The notes under the pieces were generated by a model that worked only from the letters and a program-made list of their open reading frames with translations, ran no database searches and was not told the origin of the DNA. The position numbers were made by a program, and so were the translations under genes. 64,000 nucleotides of DNA, from the NCBI GenBank assembly GCA_030704615.1, contig CM060731.1, positions 56,544,001-56,608,000 of the forward strand, given 5' to 3'. Of the stretch, positions 52,860-64,000 are shown piece after piece. The stretch's first letter is position 1; each line of letters starts with the position of its first letter. This DNA is from Takakia lepidozioides. Taxonomy: Eukaryota; Plantae; Bryophyta.

Positions 52860-52938
52860 CGAGGCTAATAGCTTGCAATGCGACATCCCTGATGTTAGTT
52901 CCTCGGACCGCTGCAATTGCATCTCCCACCATCCCCAT
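52860..52938 (-). pseudogene. SEC11: Signal peptidase complex catalytic subunit SEC11, isolated exon 1
   Basis: MGMVGDAIAAVRGTNIRDVALQAISL-G|GTACC resembles the plant SEC11 N-terminus (MGWIG...IRQ...QAISLG); no further SEC11 exons found. Confidence 0.7.
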
Positions 52939-52997
52939 CCCGATACTGCCTTTCTCCTCCTTCTCTCCTCTCCTTCACGGAAGAGTTTATTTTCTGA

Positions 52998-53062
52998 CGC
53001 CAGATTTCGACCTGGAAAATGGGTCAGCTACTTGTCCAAAGGAATTAGGAGGGGTAAAATCC
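52998..53062. repeat. Dispersed repeat, copy 2
   Basis: Near-identical to 2906-2970, same orientation. Confidence 0.75.
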
Positions 53063-53887
53063 AAATTTTTTGAGGATAAATAATGTGCGAGCAGTGGGGG
53101 AGTGGGCACATTCCTGTGTGGTAAGTAGGGGAAGAGAGTGTAGCCCATTATATTTGTATGAAATATGTTCTAGTATACCCTTGTGTATGCTTCCCAAGAT
53201 GCTTCCCAAGACACCCGGGATCGTTGAGGTCATCCCGAAGTTGAGTACCAAGGGTTCTGGAATATGATATTGCAGAGGGTTGTAGAGGCCATACCATATT
53301 GATTTTGTGGGAGCTGGGTGAGGGCATTGGGGGTGCTAATGGGGAGTCCACATATGCGCTTTGTGAGGCTAGTGATATCTTTGTCAACTTGTGCAGGCTT
53401 GCTGTATCATGTTCCAAGAATCATCCACGCCAGACATTCAGCAGACATCTAACCAGCAACCACGGTGGCACAGGCCAAGAAGGCAGACTCGGCGACATCA
53501 ACTCATCAGGGGGGGGGGGTTTAAAATACCCACATATTCTGCAACACACCTATAAACTCTGACGCCAAACACAACAAGCAACTTGTTTGGCTGCAATGCC
53601 ACAAAACCTCCCCATCCAATCTAGCTACCATAAACAATGGACACAGCAGAAAGAGTCCCCTATTCTAGAGAGCTTTACTGTGTAGCTTCACAAGGCCTAA
53701 AAGACTGTGTCCCCACCACTGCATAAGAGGTGACAGGCACCAACAACAAAGACGAATCCTTTCATACAATAATTCCCTTGGAAAAATCCAAACCAGTAAC
53801 AATGCTACACCTGCACAGACAAAGATCCACCTACGGCTACTGCAAGATTGAGGACACCAGTGAACCCCCTTGCCGATGATATCCTTT

Positions 53888-55323
53888 CACTAAGGATTCT
53901 TGAGAGCGTCTCACTATCCGGCTCACCTTCCGCTTTAAGTCTTCTTTTGTCTCTCGCCACTCTTTCTGCAGAGAAGATGCAGATGATAAAAGGTGACTAC
54001 CAGAAAATGACAGACACCGCGTACAGATGTGATACAAGGCAAAGACATCTCAGCTGCAGTTTGTGAGGCAATGAAGTGCAAGATATAAATAATCATAGAA
54101 CGAGGGAACACCTTTAACATTATCTCTCTCATGCAGTATCATACTTGGACTGTCAATTCACATCCACCAATTTTAAATGCTCTTTAGGTGAACAGCTTCA
54201 AATTGGTCACGTTGGAAGCTTCCTTTGTCTGCATGACCTTCATTGAAGCTCAAATTCGTTTTTCTTAAAACACAATTGGAAGGCCAATTTGGCAAAGTGC
54301 GACCTCTTCTGTTGACAGGGAAGACGCTTTAAAGGAGAAGTGAACCCTCACCGCTGCATCAAGTTCGCAGGTGACTCATCATTTGGACTGGACCACATAG
54401 ATATAATGCTCAGAACAATTGTCTCCACCTGCCCTTCACTTATCAGCCATAATGATCACAGCACCAGCATGAAAATTACAAGTATCTCTTTCTCAAGACG
54501 ACAGGAAAGATAAGCTGAATTCATTTCACACTTGTGCACTAGGCTCAAGTAAACAGAGCAAATTGATGACAAGAGTAATTGACCTTGAGAAGGAGTGCCT
54601 AGCAATTGACTCTGGAATCCTTGAGATTCTTCTGCTATCCCACGCAACAGTCCAAAGCTCATGTATTTCACTCTATGCTCATTCCTTTTAAGACTGCCGG
54701 TTCATTGCTTACAATTAGAGTACGGAAACAAGTGTATAGCTTATTGTCATAGTGTGGAGGTGGGGCTTTGCAGGGGCAGAGAGAGCAGAGAGGAGCTAAT
54801 CATGTTTATCACTGGCATATATATTACCTCCTCACAGAAGTTCATTGTGGTCCCTATAGCCACAAAGCTAAGAAAACACTGGGGGAACAAGGGATATGTC
54901 GCTGACAACAATCTTAAGTAGACCAGGCCTTAAAGGGCAAAATGCTTCAAACAGTCTAGCTCATGCACAAGGGATCACCCAAGCTGTGACAGCCCACTGC
55001 TCATAGAGGGGCCTGATGATGAGCAAGTCTTTGCTCCAGAGTCCAGACACTACTCATGCAGTACAACTGCTGGACATACATAGAGGACCATCACAAGGCA
55101 TTCAGCCATCCAACTTCTTGAAGAGAACTCAAACAGAAGATCCATAATAGGCATGGGAAAACCATTTGTTGCAAGCACTAAGATACATAAATGATATTTG
55201 CAGGGATTGCATACGAAAATACCGTGTGCACAGGGGACCATCGCTCACTGGCAAGCTCATAGCCGTTGGGGTCATCTTCAGGCGCATGGAGTATGGAGAT
55301 ACAAACACGTCCATCAGGATAAA
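53888..55323 (-). pseudogene. UBC7/UBE2G-type ubiquitin-conjugating enzyme, last three exons, frameshifted
   Basis: Exon 55323-55223 [33 protein letters not shown]; exon 54428-54352 VETIVLSIISMWSSPNDESPAN (77 nt, 1-nt deletion); exon from 53965 KEWRETKEDLKRKVSRIVRRSQE; 5' exons not found. Confidence 0.85.
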
Positions 55324-55994
55324 CTGGAAACGCAGAGGCAAACCAAGCTGTTACTAAAAATAAACACTCCTTGTAATTTGACTAATGACGCAATAAGTGT
55401 GCAGGTAACATGATGTGTAATCATTTCTCTAGAGCCTGATCAGAACAGCATCAAGGCAGCGGAGATGCAATCTCAAGCCGTCTCTGCATCACACATATTA
55501 TGTGAGCTTTACTACATTTATATTCCCCAAAATCCAGTGGCCAAGTAAGACAATGCTATGCTACCTCAATATACACGCGCGAGTAGCACCACATAGTAAA
55601 GAACTTAACAAAGACATTGTTGCACTGACAAGACCCCTGCAAAGCCATGCTGAAACTGGGCCACTATAACTCGACTAATAGAGACACAGCAAAGATTTAC
55701 ACTGAATAATGTTGATGCTAGATCTAGTGCTCTAACTGAGAATATTGAGTAATGATCACGTTTAGAGGCGATATCAATGCCTATCCCCAAAAAGAGAAAC
55801 TCCAATCCAGTCACCCACTTCATTTATGTGAAACCTGAGACTGATGGAAGTTAGCAACCAATGCTTCTAAGAGATTAGAGCCAACGCAATACAGCAGCCA
55901 CTTGCTTCCCCTGAACAGTCATAAAAAAGGCTTGTTGTTGTCACAGGAATGGTAGCTTGAGAACACATATGGGAAACGGTGTCAGATGCACTGG

Positions 55995-56314
55995 TGTTGG
56001 AAGTAATTAAACATATCTAGAAGACTAAGAGTCTTGAAGGCCAAAGGTTTAGAAGTCTAAGAGACTATCTTGTTTAACTCACCTTTGGAAGGTGAATGGC
56101 TAGAAGGTGGATGGTCACCATAGTGGAAGTGGAAGTGACCAAGTAGGACTTTCTAGAGAAGTTCTTGTACAAGCTCGGGGGTGAAGCCACTAGTCTAAGT
56201 GTAAGAGTATGATGGTGGCTTCTATGGTTGGGAGGAGAGCTTTAGTTTTAGCTTTAGTCTAAGACTTTAGTTCTTGTTCATGTTCTTGCCCAATTCTAAC
56301 ATGGTATCAGAGCC
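55995..56314 (+). repeat. 5' LTR (55995-56301) plus tRNA-iMet PBS (56302-56314)
   Basis: TGTTGG...CTAACA followed by TGGTATCAGAGCC. Confidence 0.85.
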
Positions 56315-59300
56315 ATTCTTCTCTAGGTGAGAGTTGGTAGTTGAGATTGAGAGAACTTGATTATGGCTGGAGCGTCGTCTTCTAGCAATCCTCCTTCTAT
56401 GTCTATGACGAGTGCATTAGATGTAAGAGTGGAAGATCGATTCAATGGAGCTAACTATCAAACCTGGAAGTTTAGGATGGAGATGGTCCTTCTAGACAAA
56501 GATCTATGGGGAGTGGTTGATGGATCAGTCCCAAGACCTGACACTATTGTTGGCCAAGCCATATGGGATAGGAAAGATCAGAAAGCAAGAGCTAGCATCA
56601 TCACAAGCTTGAGAGACAATCAGTTGCATCTCATTATAAGTGCTAAGAATGCTAAGGATGTTTGGGACAAGCTAGCAAGCATATATGAGACAAAGGATGT
56701 CACATCGCAAGTGTATGCGACGCAAAAGTTCCATGGTCTGAAGATGGCCGAGTCAGACTCAGTTGAACAACACTTGAATTTGTTTTGTGTGTTGCGAGAT
56801 CAACTAGTCTCTGTGGGAACTAATGTGACTGATGAACACGCCACAGTGGTGTTATTGGCAACCTTACCTGAATCATATGATGGTTTTGTGGTGTCTCTAG
56901 CAGGACAAACCAACTTAACTATTGATGTTGTCATAGGACTTCTCCTCAAGGAGGAAACAAGAAGAAAAGGTCAAGGTACGTCTACAGAGGTAGACAGAGC
57001 TTTGTTCACATGCAAGACTGGAGTAGTCTTGATTAGAAGACTCCATTTACATATGTCTCAGAAGTCCCAGAGGTTTTAAAAACCTCAATCTAGCTCAAAG
57101 ATCAAAAAGGCCAAAGTGAGGTGCTTTTATTGCAAGAAATTGGTCATATGATCAAGGATTGTAGAAAGCGCATTGCAGATGAGCGCAGCAGAGAGAGTCA
57201 AGGGAACATAGCTACTCATCAGAGGAATGTTATTCTATTTGTTGTGTCTCTCTCAGCCACTACTAGACAGAAGCATATGTGGTATGTTGATTCATGAGCA
57301 TCTCAACATATGAGTTCAGAGAGAGAGCATTTCTTATCCTATAGATCTCTTTCACCTACACAATATGTTCTTTTGGGAGATGATAGCAAGCATATCATTG
57401 GTGGGGAAGGCTCAGTCTCTCTTATGCTCAATGAAGGGGAAACCATAGAGGTGGAAAATGTCCTACATGTCCCTACTTTAACAAAGAACATGCTGTCTGT
57501 AAGGCAAATTGTTGCAAAGGGATACAGAGTGGTATTCCAAGATAAGAGTTGTACTATCACAGATAGCTCAGGAGCTGTGATTGGGATCTACACCTGTCAT
57601 GTCAGAAAGAGAGTTGTGGCATAGAAGGTTAGGTCATGTGAGCATGAACTCTCAAGCCATCTTGTGGAAGGACTACCATTGAAGGAGATGAGCGATATGC
57701 GTCTATGCAAAGGTTGCTTGGAAGGGAAGCAACATCGAGGTCAATTTCCTAAGGATGGTGGACGAAGAGCCACAAGTATATTGGAGATTGTATATTCTGA
57801 TGTGTGCGGGCCAATGCAAACCACATCACTTGGAGGAGCAAGGTACTTTGTGACATTCATTGATGATTTGTCAAGGAGGGTTGTGGTGAATTTCCTAAGG
57901 CAGAAAAATCAAGTGCTAGAGAAATTCGAGTTCAAAGTACTTGCAGAAAAACAAACTAGAAAGCATCTTAAGATTTTGAGATCTGACAATGGTGGTGAGT
58001 ACATCTCAAAGGCTTTCAATCAGTTTTATCAAGAGAATGGAATAGCTCGACAGCTTACTGTTCCATATACACCTGAGCAGAATGGTGTAGCTGAGCGGAT
58101 GAATAGATCACTACAAGAATCTGCAAGGAGTATGTTGAAAGAAGTGAATCTTTCAAATCATTTTTGGGCAGAAGCTGTTGGCACTGCAGCATATCTTCAC
58201 AACAGAATACCTACCAAATCAGTGTTGGGAAAAACACCAGAAGAGGTATGGAGTGGTCAGAAACCTAGTGTGGCTCATTGTAGGATTTTTGGATGTCGTG
58301 CATATGTCCATATCTCTGCTCAGAAGCGAATGAAACTTGACTCTAAATCAGAAGAATGCATCTTCATTGGCTACACAGAAGGTGTGAAGGGATATAAGTT
58401 GTTCAATAAGACAACTTAGGCTGTCAAACACAGTAGGGACGTAGTGTTTGATGAAGGCTTCATACCCTCTTTGGTAGGGGGAGAAGATGACATGGGAATG
58501 AGCTTAGAGCCAATATACCATTTCCAAGAGGAGTCTTATGAGGAGCCAATACAAGAGATGGCTGAAGCAAATGATGGAGGTGTTCAACTTGACGGAGTTG
58601 ATCAAGGAGTCGAAGTTGGTGAACCACTTGTTGATATAGACTCTAGAGATGAAGTTGAAGATGTGCCAATTCTAAGGAGATCTCAGCGGGAAATGAAAGC
58701 TCCTAGTAGGTTGATTACATCTATGAGTGTCATTGAAGCTATGGAAGAAGCATCACAAGTGGTTGAGCTTGCTACATATGAGGAAGCGATGCGCTCTCCA
58801 GACAAACTACAATGGGAAGAAACAATCAACTCAGAGTTGGATTCATTGATGGAAAACAAAGCATAGACACTCATTAGGTTGCCTGCAGGACGAAGAGCCA
58901 TTGGTTGCAAGTGGATCTTCAAGTTGAAGTACAAAGCTGATAGATCTATTTACCAGTACAAAGTTCGTCTTGTAGCTAAAGGCTATGCACAAATTCAAGG
59001 AGTGGATTACAATGAAACCTTCTCACCAGTGGTGAAGATTTCTTCTATCAGAGTGTTATTAGCTCTTGCAGCTCAACATGATCACGAAGTTCATCAAATG
59101 GATGTTAAGACCGCATTTCTGAATGGAGAACTACAATAAGAGATCTACATGAGACAACCTGAAGGGTTTGTACAAGGAGAAAGTGATATTGTGTGTAAGC
59201 TGCAAAAGAGTTTGTATGGACTCAAACAAAGTCCTCGAGCTTGGTATGTCAGGATCGATGCTTACTTCTTAAAGGCAAGATTTGAGCGAAGCATTGCTGA

Positions 59301-59672
59301 CACAAACATCTATGTGAAAAAGATGGGAGAGCAATTTGTGGTCATAGCTCTATATGTGGATGACACAATCATTGTCACCAACGATCATCAAAGGTTGTAC
59401 CAAAGCAGTGTTGAGTGCTGAGTTTGTCATGACTGACATGGATGAGATTCGGTTCTGTCTTGGTATTCAAATCAGCAGAGATCGAGTGAACCATACAGTA
59501 TTCATGCATCAACGACAATACATTGAGACAATTCTACAAAGGTTTAAGTTGGAGATGAGTAAGCCAACATCAACTCCTCTCGAAGTTGGTTTGAAACTTA
59601 CGAAGGATATGGCACCTAAGACTCAAGAAGAGCAAGAAGATATGAGGAAAATTCATTATCAAAGCGCAGTCG
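55995..59672 (+). mobile_element. Ty1/Copia retrotransposon, decayed and 3'-truncated
   Basis: 5' LTR and PBS; gag (RFNGANYQTWKFRM), zinc knuckle, protease (WYVDS*ASQH), integrase (LRSDNGGEY, PEQNGVAERMNR), RT (HQMDVKTAFLNG, YGLKQSPRAW, LYVDD); many stops and frameshifts; no RNase H or 3' LTR. Confidence 0.93.
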
Positions 59673-59674
59673 AA

Positions 59675-60543
59675 TGAAATGAATGAATTCAAAGGTCAAG
59701 AATGTATGGTAAGTCACCCTCTGAAACAAGTGGTGCTTGGGATGCACTAAATCGCTCGGTAGAATGGTACTCAAGCTTGGTCCTCCTCCGGCACTCCTAT
59801 TCGTCCTCAAGTCTCTCACTTGATGGAGCGCTTCCTCTACTTCTTGCCTCAAATGGCCACAAGGCCTTGAGCTAGGACTATCCTACTCTCAATATGTTTG
59901 CTTCTAATACTAGAGAGCCACAAGCTCAACTCTCTAGGAACTAGCTCCCTCAAGCTCAAAACTAACTACACAAGCAAGAGGCCAAAACAAGGAAATGAGA
60001 CTAGATTAAAGAACAAGAGGAGCCTGTTCTTCTTTTATTGTGTTTTTGGGGCCTCTTAAACTAGTGAAGGATAGTCTTAAACTATTATTTCCTACATGAA
60101 TCTATAATTTAAAAACGATAGAACACCATAGAATAATAACCACGGATGTAAAACCTTGGTGTTAAAGATAAATCTGGTTTTTCATCCATCCAATGGATGA
60201 CCAGTTGGCGCTAGGTTGTCTTTTCATCCCTCCAGCTCGCAGGTCGAATTTCCAGATTTCATCCATTGGAAGAACTAGAATTCCATTTAATCGCCATTCG
60301 CAACGCCCTCCGGCGTGATAATTTGATGTTGTCTCTCATCACCTCCAAAAATTCTCAAACTTGGTGACAAATTATAATTAAATTTCCCGTAGCTGCCCAC
60401 GAAATCTCAAGGGAATCGAGGAAGAAAAGCTATACTTTTGGTTGGTTTCCATGGTTTCGCCATATAAGCAGTCTGACGCTTCCTGGCAGTAAAAATACTG
60501 GTGGTGCCCCCAAGGGGGTCTTTGGCCCTGCCACTGGGTCACA
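59675..60543 (-). mobile_element. Possible LTR fragment of another retroelement truncating the Copia
   Basis: Abrupt junction after RT HYQSAV; non-coding, LTR-like composition; TGTGACCC start on the minus strand; no PBS or PPT confirmed. Confidence 0.35.
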
Positions 60544-61299
60544 GATCATCTGGAGTTTCATCCTACACACTTTGCATCGCTGAGGAGTTCAAAACTTCGC
60601 TGGGAAGCTCCTTCACCCGTCGTTTGCTCCGATGCAACACTTGCTTTGTCGCGATATTTCATCGCTGTACAGATTGTTTCCTCCAATTGCCAAGACTCCT
60701 CACCGCGTGCTCCTACTGGACTTGAAAGGCGGGAGAATAGAGAGATTGCAATCCGGGACTGGGACAGTCGCCATGTATTGTTTCGAACAGGTGCATGTTG
60801 TCGTTACTGGTACTGAATTGACAACCTAACTCGTTGTCGATGCAGCTCCCTACGGTTATTTTCACGCTAGAGCTCCTCCATGGTCGTCTCAAACATTATC
60901 TAAATTCCTACGTGCTTTACCAGCGATTCCCAGATAACTCACAAACTGCCCTGCTTTGGCAGTACAATGCCTAAACTGTCTGCCTTAAGATCAAAAACGA
61001 TCTGAAAAGAAATATGTACCAATATATGCATCTACACCCCTCATACTGCCGAGAACGGGTGAGGAGGAGACCGCATCCAAGGGAGAGACGGACGCCGAAG
61101 AGGATGTTGATGGTAGCCTCATGAAGAAGCAGACAGTGGAAAAGATGATGGCGGAGATGCTCCAGAACATGCTCGGCGTAGACAGCAGTCCGAAGCGGAA
61201 AGGGTCTCCTGCAATTGGAGAGACATCCCACGCAGCACAAAGAAAGGTACAAGTCTGCCATAACAGCCCCTCATCTTGTTGATCTTTGATTTCAAAATG

Positions 61300-62080
61300 T
61301 ACCTCACCAGCCCAGTCTGCCATGTATTAAAAACACCTACATGGAAGCACAAAACAGTGTGCGGCAATGCACACTGTTTGTGCCCCCCTGCTTTGCTTGT
61401 TTTTTATGTCAAACTGTACCACACCAGCCCAGTCTGCCATGTCAAAATGCAGCTGGATGGAAGCACGAAACAGTGTGCGGCAACGCACACTGTTTGTGCC
61501 CCTCTTTTTTGCCTGTTCTTCATGTCAAAATGAACCAGACTAGGCCAGTATGTGGTGTATCACACACACTTAGATGGAAGCACGAAACAGTGTGCGGCAA
61601 CGCACACTGTTTGTGCCCCTCTTTTTTGCTTGTTCTTCATGTCAAAATGAACTAGACTAGGCCAGTATGTGGTGTATCACACACACTTAGATGGAAGCAC
61701 GAAACAGTGTGCGTTGCCGCACACTGTTTGTGCCCCTCCACTTGGTTTTTTTCCATGTCAAAATGAATCACACCAGGGCTGCCTGCCAAGTTCAAATCAC
61801 AATTATATGGAAGCACAAAACAGTGTGCGGCAACGCACACTGTTTGTGCCCCCCTCTTTGCTTGTTTTTTTATGTCAAAACGGGCCACACATGGCCAGTC
61901 TGCCATTTTCAAAACACCCCTAATTGGAAGCACAAACAGTGTGCGGCAACGCACACTGTTTGTGCCCCATCTTTGCTTGTTTTTTGATGTCAAAATGGGC
62001 CACATGTGGCTGCCTGCCAAGTTCAAATCACACCTACATGGAAGCACAAAACAGTGTGTGGCAACGCACACAGTGTAGCC
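61300..62080. repeat. Tandem array, 7 x ~117 bp, each unit with hairpin AAACAGTGTGCG-GCAA-CGCACACTGTTT
   Basis: TGGAAGCAC anchors at 61342, 61458, 61575, 61692, 61808, 61925, 62039. Confidence 0.92.
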
Positions 62081-64000
62081 CCACCATGTCAGGAACCTTA
62101 AGCTTCACAACGTTGTGTAACCTGTTGAAAGCAAGTTTATTGAACTTCAACAATTCCTTCTCAGTATAGGTGAGAGGTGTGCCAGTAACTTTGGAGCAGT
62201 ATAGGTATTGCCAAGCTGTCTGCTCCTTATTAAAAATGTCGTCAATATGCCGTTTTTCATTGCTCAAGTTGTTCCAGGCCATGTTAAACCATGAACGGAG
62301 TTGTGAATCCCTCTGTAACATGATTTTCACATCATATAAATACGTATGATGCGGCACCACAGGTAAGGTCCAATGATTTGTAGTGGAATAAGTCAGAAAT
62401 CTGGACTGCATCTTCTGCTGCTCAATGTGGTAACGTGCAATGAAACAAGCAGTATAATAAATTCCACAACCCATGACCAAACTCGCTACTTCCTTTGTTT
62501 TGGTGTGAATGTGCCCATGAACAACCTGGAAAGCAATTAACTCCTTCAACATGGTGCCTGCCTCAGACCAGTACCTTGAAAAATGATGATCCTCAATGAG
62601 CTGATTCATTGCCAGAATCTTAGTCCGAGTGGCCACTGGCAACCAAATGCGCATTATTTGGTAGTAGTGTGGAAAGGATTGTGGAGGAAAAAAATTAATT
62701 CCAAGCCAAATCCAAGCTATCTGGAATTTCATTGAAGGGCATGATCATTGCTCGGTTGTATTCCCGTGCAGCATGAGTCTTGGGTGGGTTGAAAGCAGCA
62801 TTTCCCCATACCTCAGGCCGTGCAACTGCTGTCATAGGAGATTCAGTAACCTGTACAGCCACCTGCTGTGAAACTGGTTCTATTGGTGTTTCCACCACTG
62901 GCATCCCCTGCACTTCTTGTGAAGAAGACTGGAAAACTAGAGTTCTGGCCCTCAAATACGCCTCCATGAGATGTTCTTCAGGAACCATGAGCCTTTGGTC
63001 TATGTTTGAACTCAAGTCCTCCACTTGAGTCTGCAGTGTATCCACATCCTCTTGGAGCTCTCCTATTCTACTATAGACATTGTCTATAGTAGTGGTGGCA
63101 ATATTCTGCACTTGCAGCCTCAGGTCATTCATCTCCCCCTGGGTGAGCATTCTCGGTGCTTTCCCTTCCACTGGCCCTTGTGCTAACCATACTTTTAAGA
63201 GTTGGTCATCCACTCTGTCCTGTGTAACACCTCTGAGACTCTGCTCCTCCTTGAGTCTGTAGGCATCTAACTGCTGTTGCAATCCTTGCATGCGCTTCTC
63301 ATGAGGTTCAACTAAATTGGCATAAGCTGCAACCAGATTATTGGCTTCCCTCGCTGCCTTGTTAGCTACAGAGAGTTGATTCCTATTCGCCATAAGGGTC
63401 TGTTGTAACTCCACAATGTACTTCTCCTGGTTAGCCTCAACCTGTTTGTATTGCTGTAAAGCACCCTCATTGTGACATATTGTATCTTTGAGGTCCACAA
63501 TGAATTTGGCTTGCTCCACTACCTCCGTTTCTGCCCTTACACATCGCTCCCTCTGCTGGTTGGCTTCTGTTGTGGCTTGCTCTAGAACATTTGTGAGGGT
63601 GGCACATTGCACCGTCATCCTTTGATGTACTACCTCCAACTCTGCATGTTGTTCCTTTAGTCCTTGCATCTCATCCTCATGCTTGTTCTGCAATTGGAAT
63701 AATTGCTGCTTGTGTATCTTGTGCAGATGGTCTTGCTCCAGACCCCCCTCAATCAATTGTTGCTTAGCAAATTACAGAGCATCCCTTGTTTCCCTCAACT
63801 CCTGTTGCAACTGCAGATGCACTTCCATCTCAACCTTGTTAACACACTCGGTTGCCAACCGATTTTCGAACTCTCTTCTGAGTTCCTCCTTCAGAACTTC
63901 CAACTGAGTCACTGGAACATGTGACTTCATGTAAGTTCCCAACAAATTGAGGGTTCGGCTTATGGAGTTCATCAGCATAGCCTGCTGAGGCCCATCATGG
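62034..64000 (-). pseudogene. Decayed long ORF: coiled-coil region plus unknown globular C-terminal domain, probably TE-encoded
   Basis: ORFs 63978-63772 and 63756-62695 are in the same frame, separated by one TAA; frameshift at ~62700 into 62732-62034; Q/E/L heptad-rich region followed by a W/Y/H-rich domain. Confidence 0.55.

Noticed and set aside
61300-62080. CRISPR array (palindromic repeats with regular spacing)
   Set aside because: Spacers are homologous to one another and ~75 bp long, there are no cas genes, and the context is eukaryotic; it is a tandem repeat.

Overview
Plant nuclear DNA, probably from a non-seed land plant (inferred from the style of the PLS-PPR repeats and the TE families), rich in nested transposon debris. 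Host genes: the first coding exon of an NPF/PTR transporter (minus strand, running off the left edge); a disabled PLS-E+ PPR RNA-editing factor (9.3-11.9 kb); an apparently intact 7-exon EMS1/BRI1-clade LRR receptor kinase with a long N-terminal extension and a ~145-aa Ser/Pro-rich kinase insert (39.1-46.2 kb); and a collinear string of broken housekeeping genes on the minus strand (UBC7-like 3' exons, SEC11 exon 1, chloroplast RRF). One RRF coding exon sits inverted on the opposite strand. Mobile DNA: two hAT-type MITEs with 8-bp TSDs, two Harbinger/Tourist-type elements, two CACTA transposase remnants, two decayed Copia elements, SINE-like heads, and a large MULE-like element (SWIM transposase + Ulp1-like protease + third zinc-finger gene) saturated with a CAGTAGACC/AGACC motif, an architecture reminiscent of the VANDAL/VANC anti-silencing system. 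Also present: a 2.5-kb tandem array built from a dead PPR triplet, and a 7 x 117-bp array of GCAA-loop hairpins beside a decayed coiled-coil ORF. All calls come from manual reading and recalled family motifs; no database searches were run.
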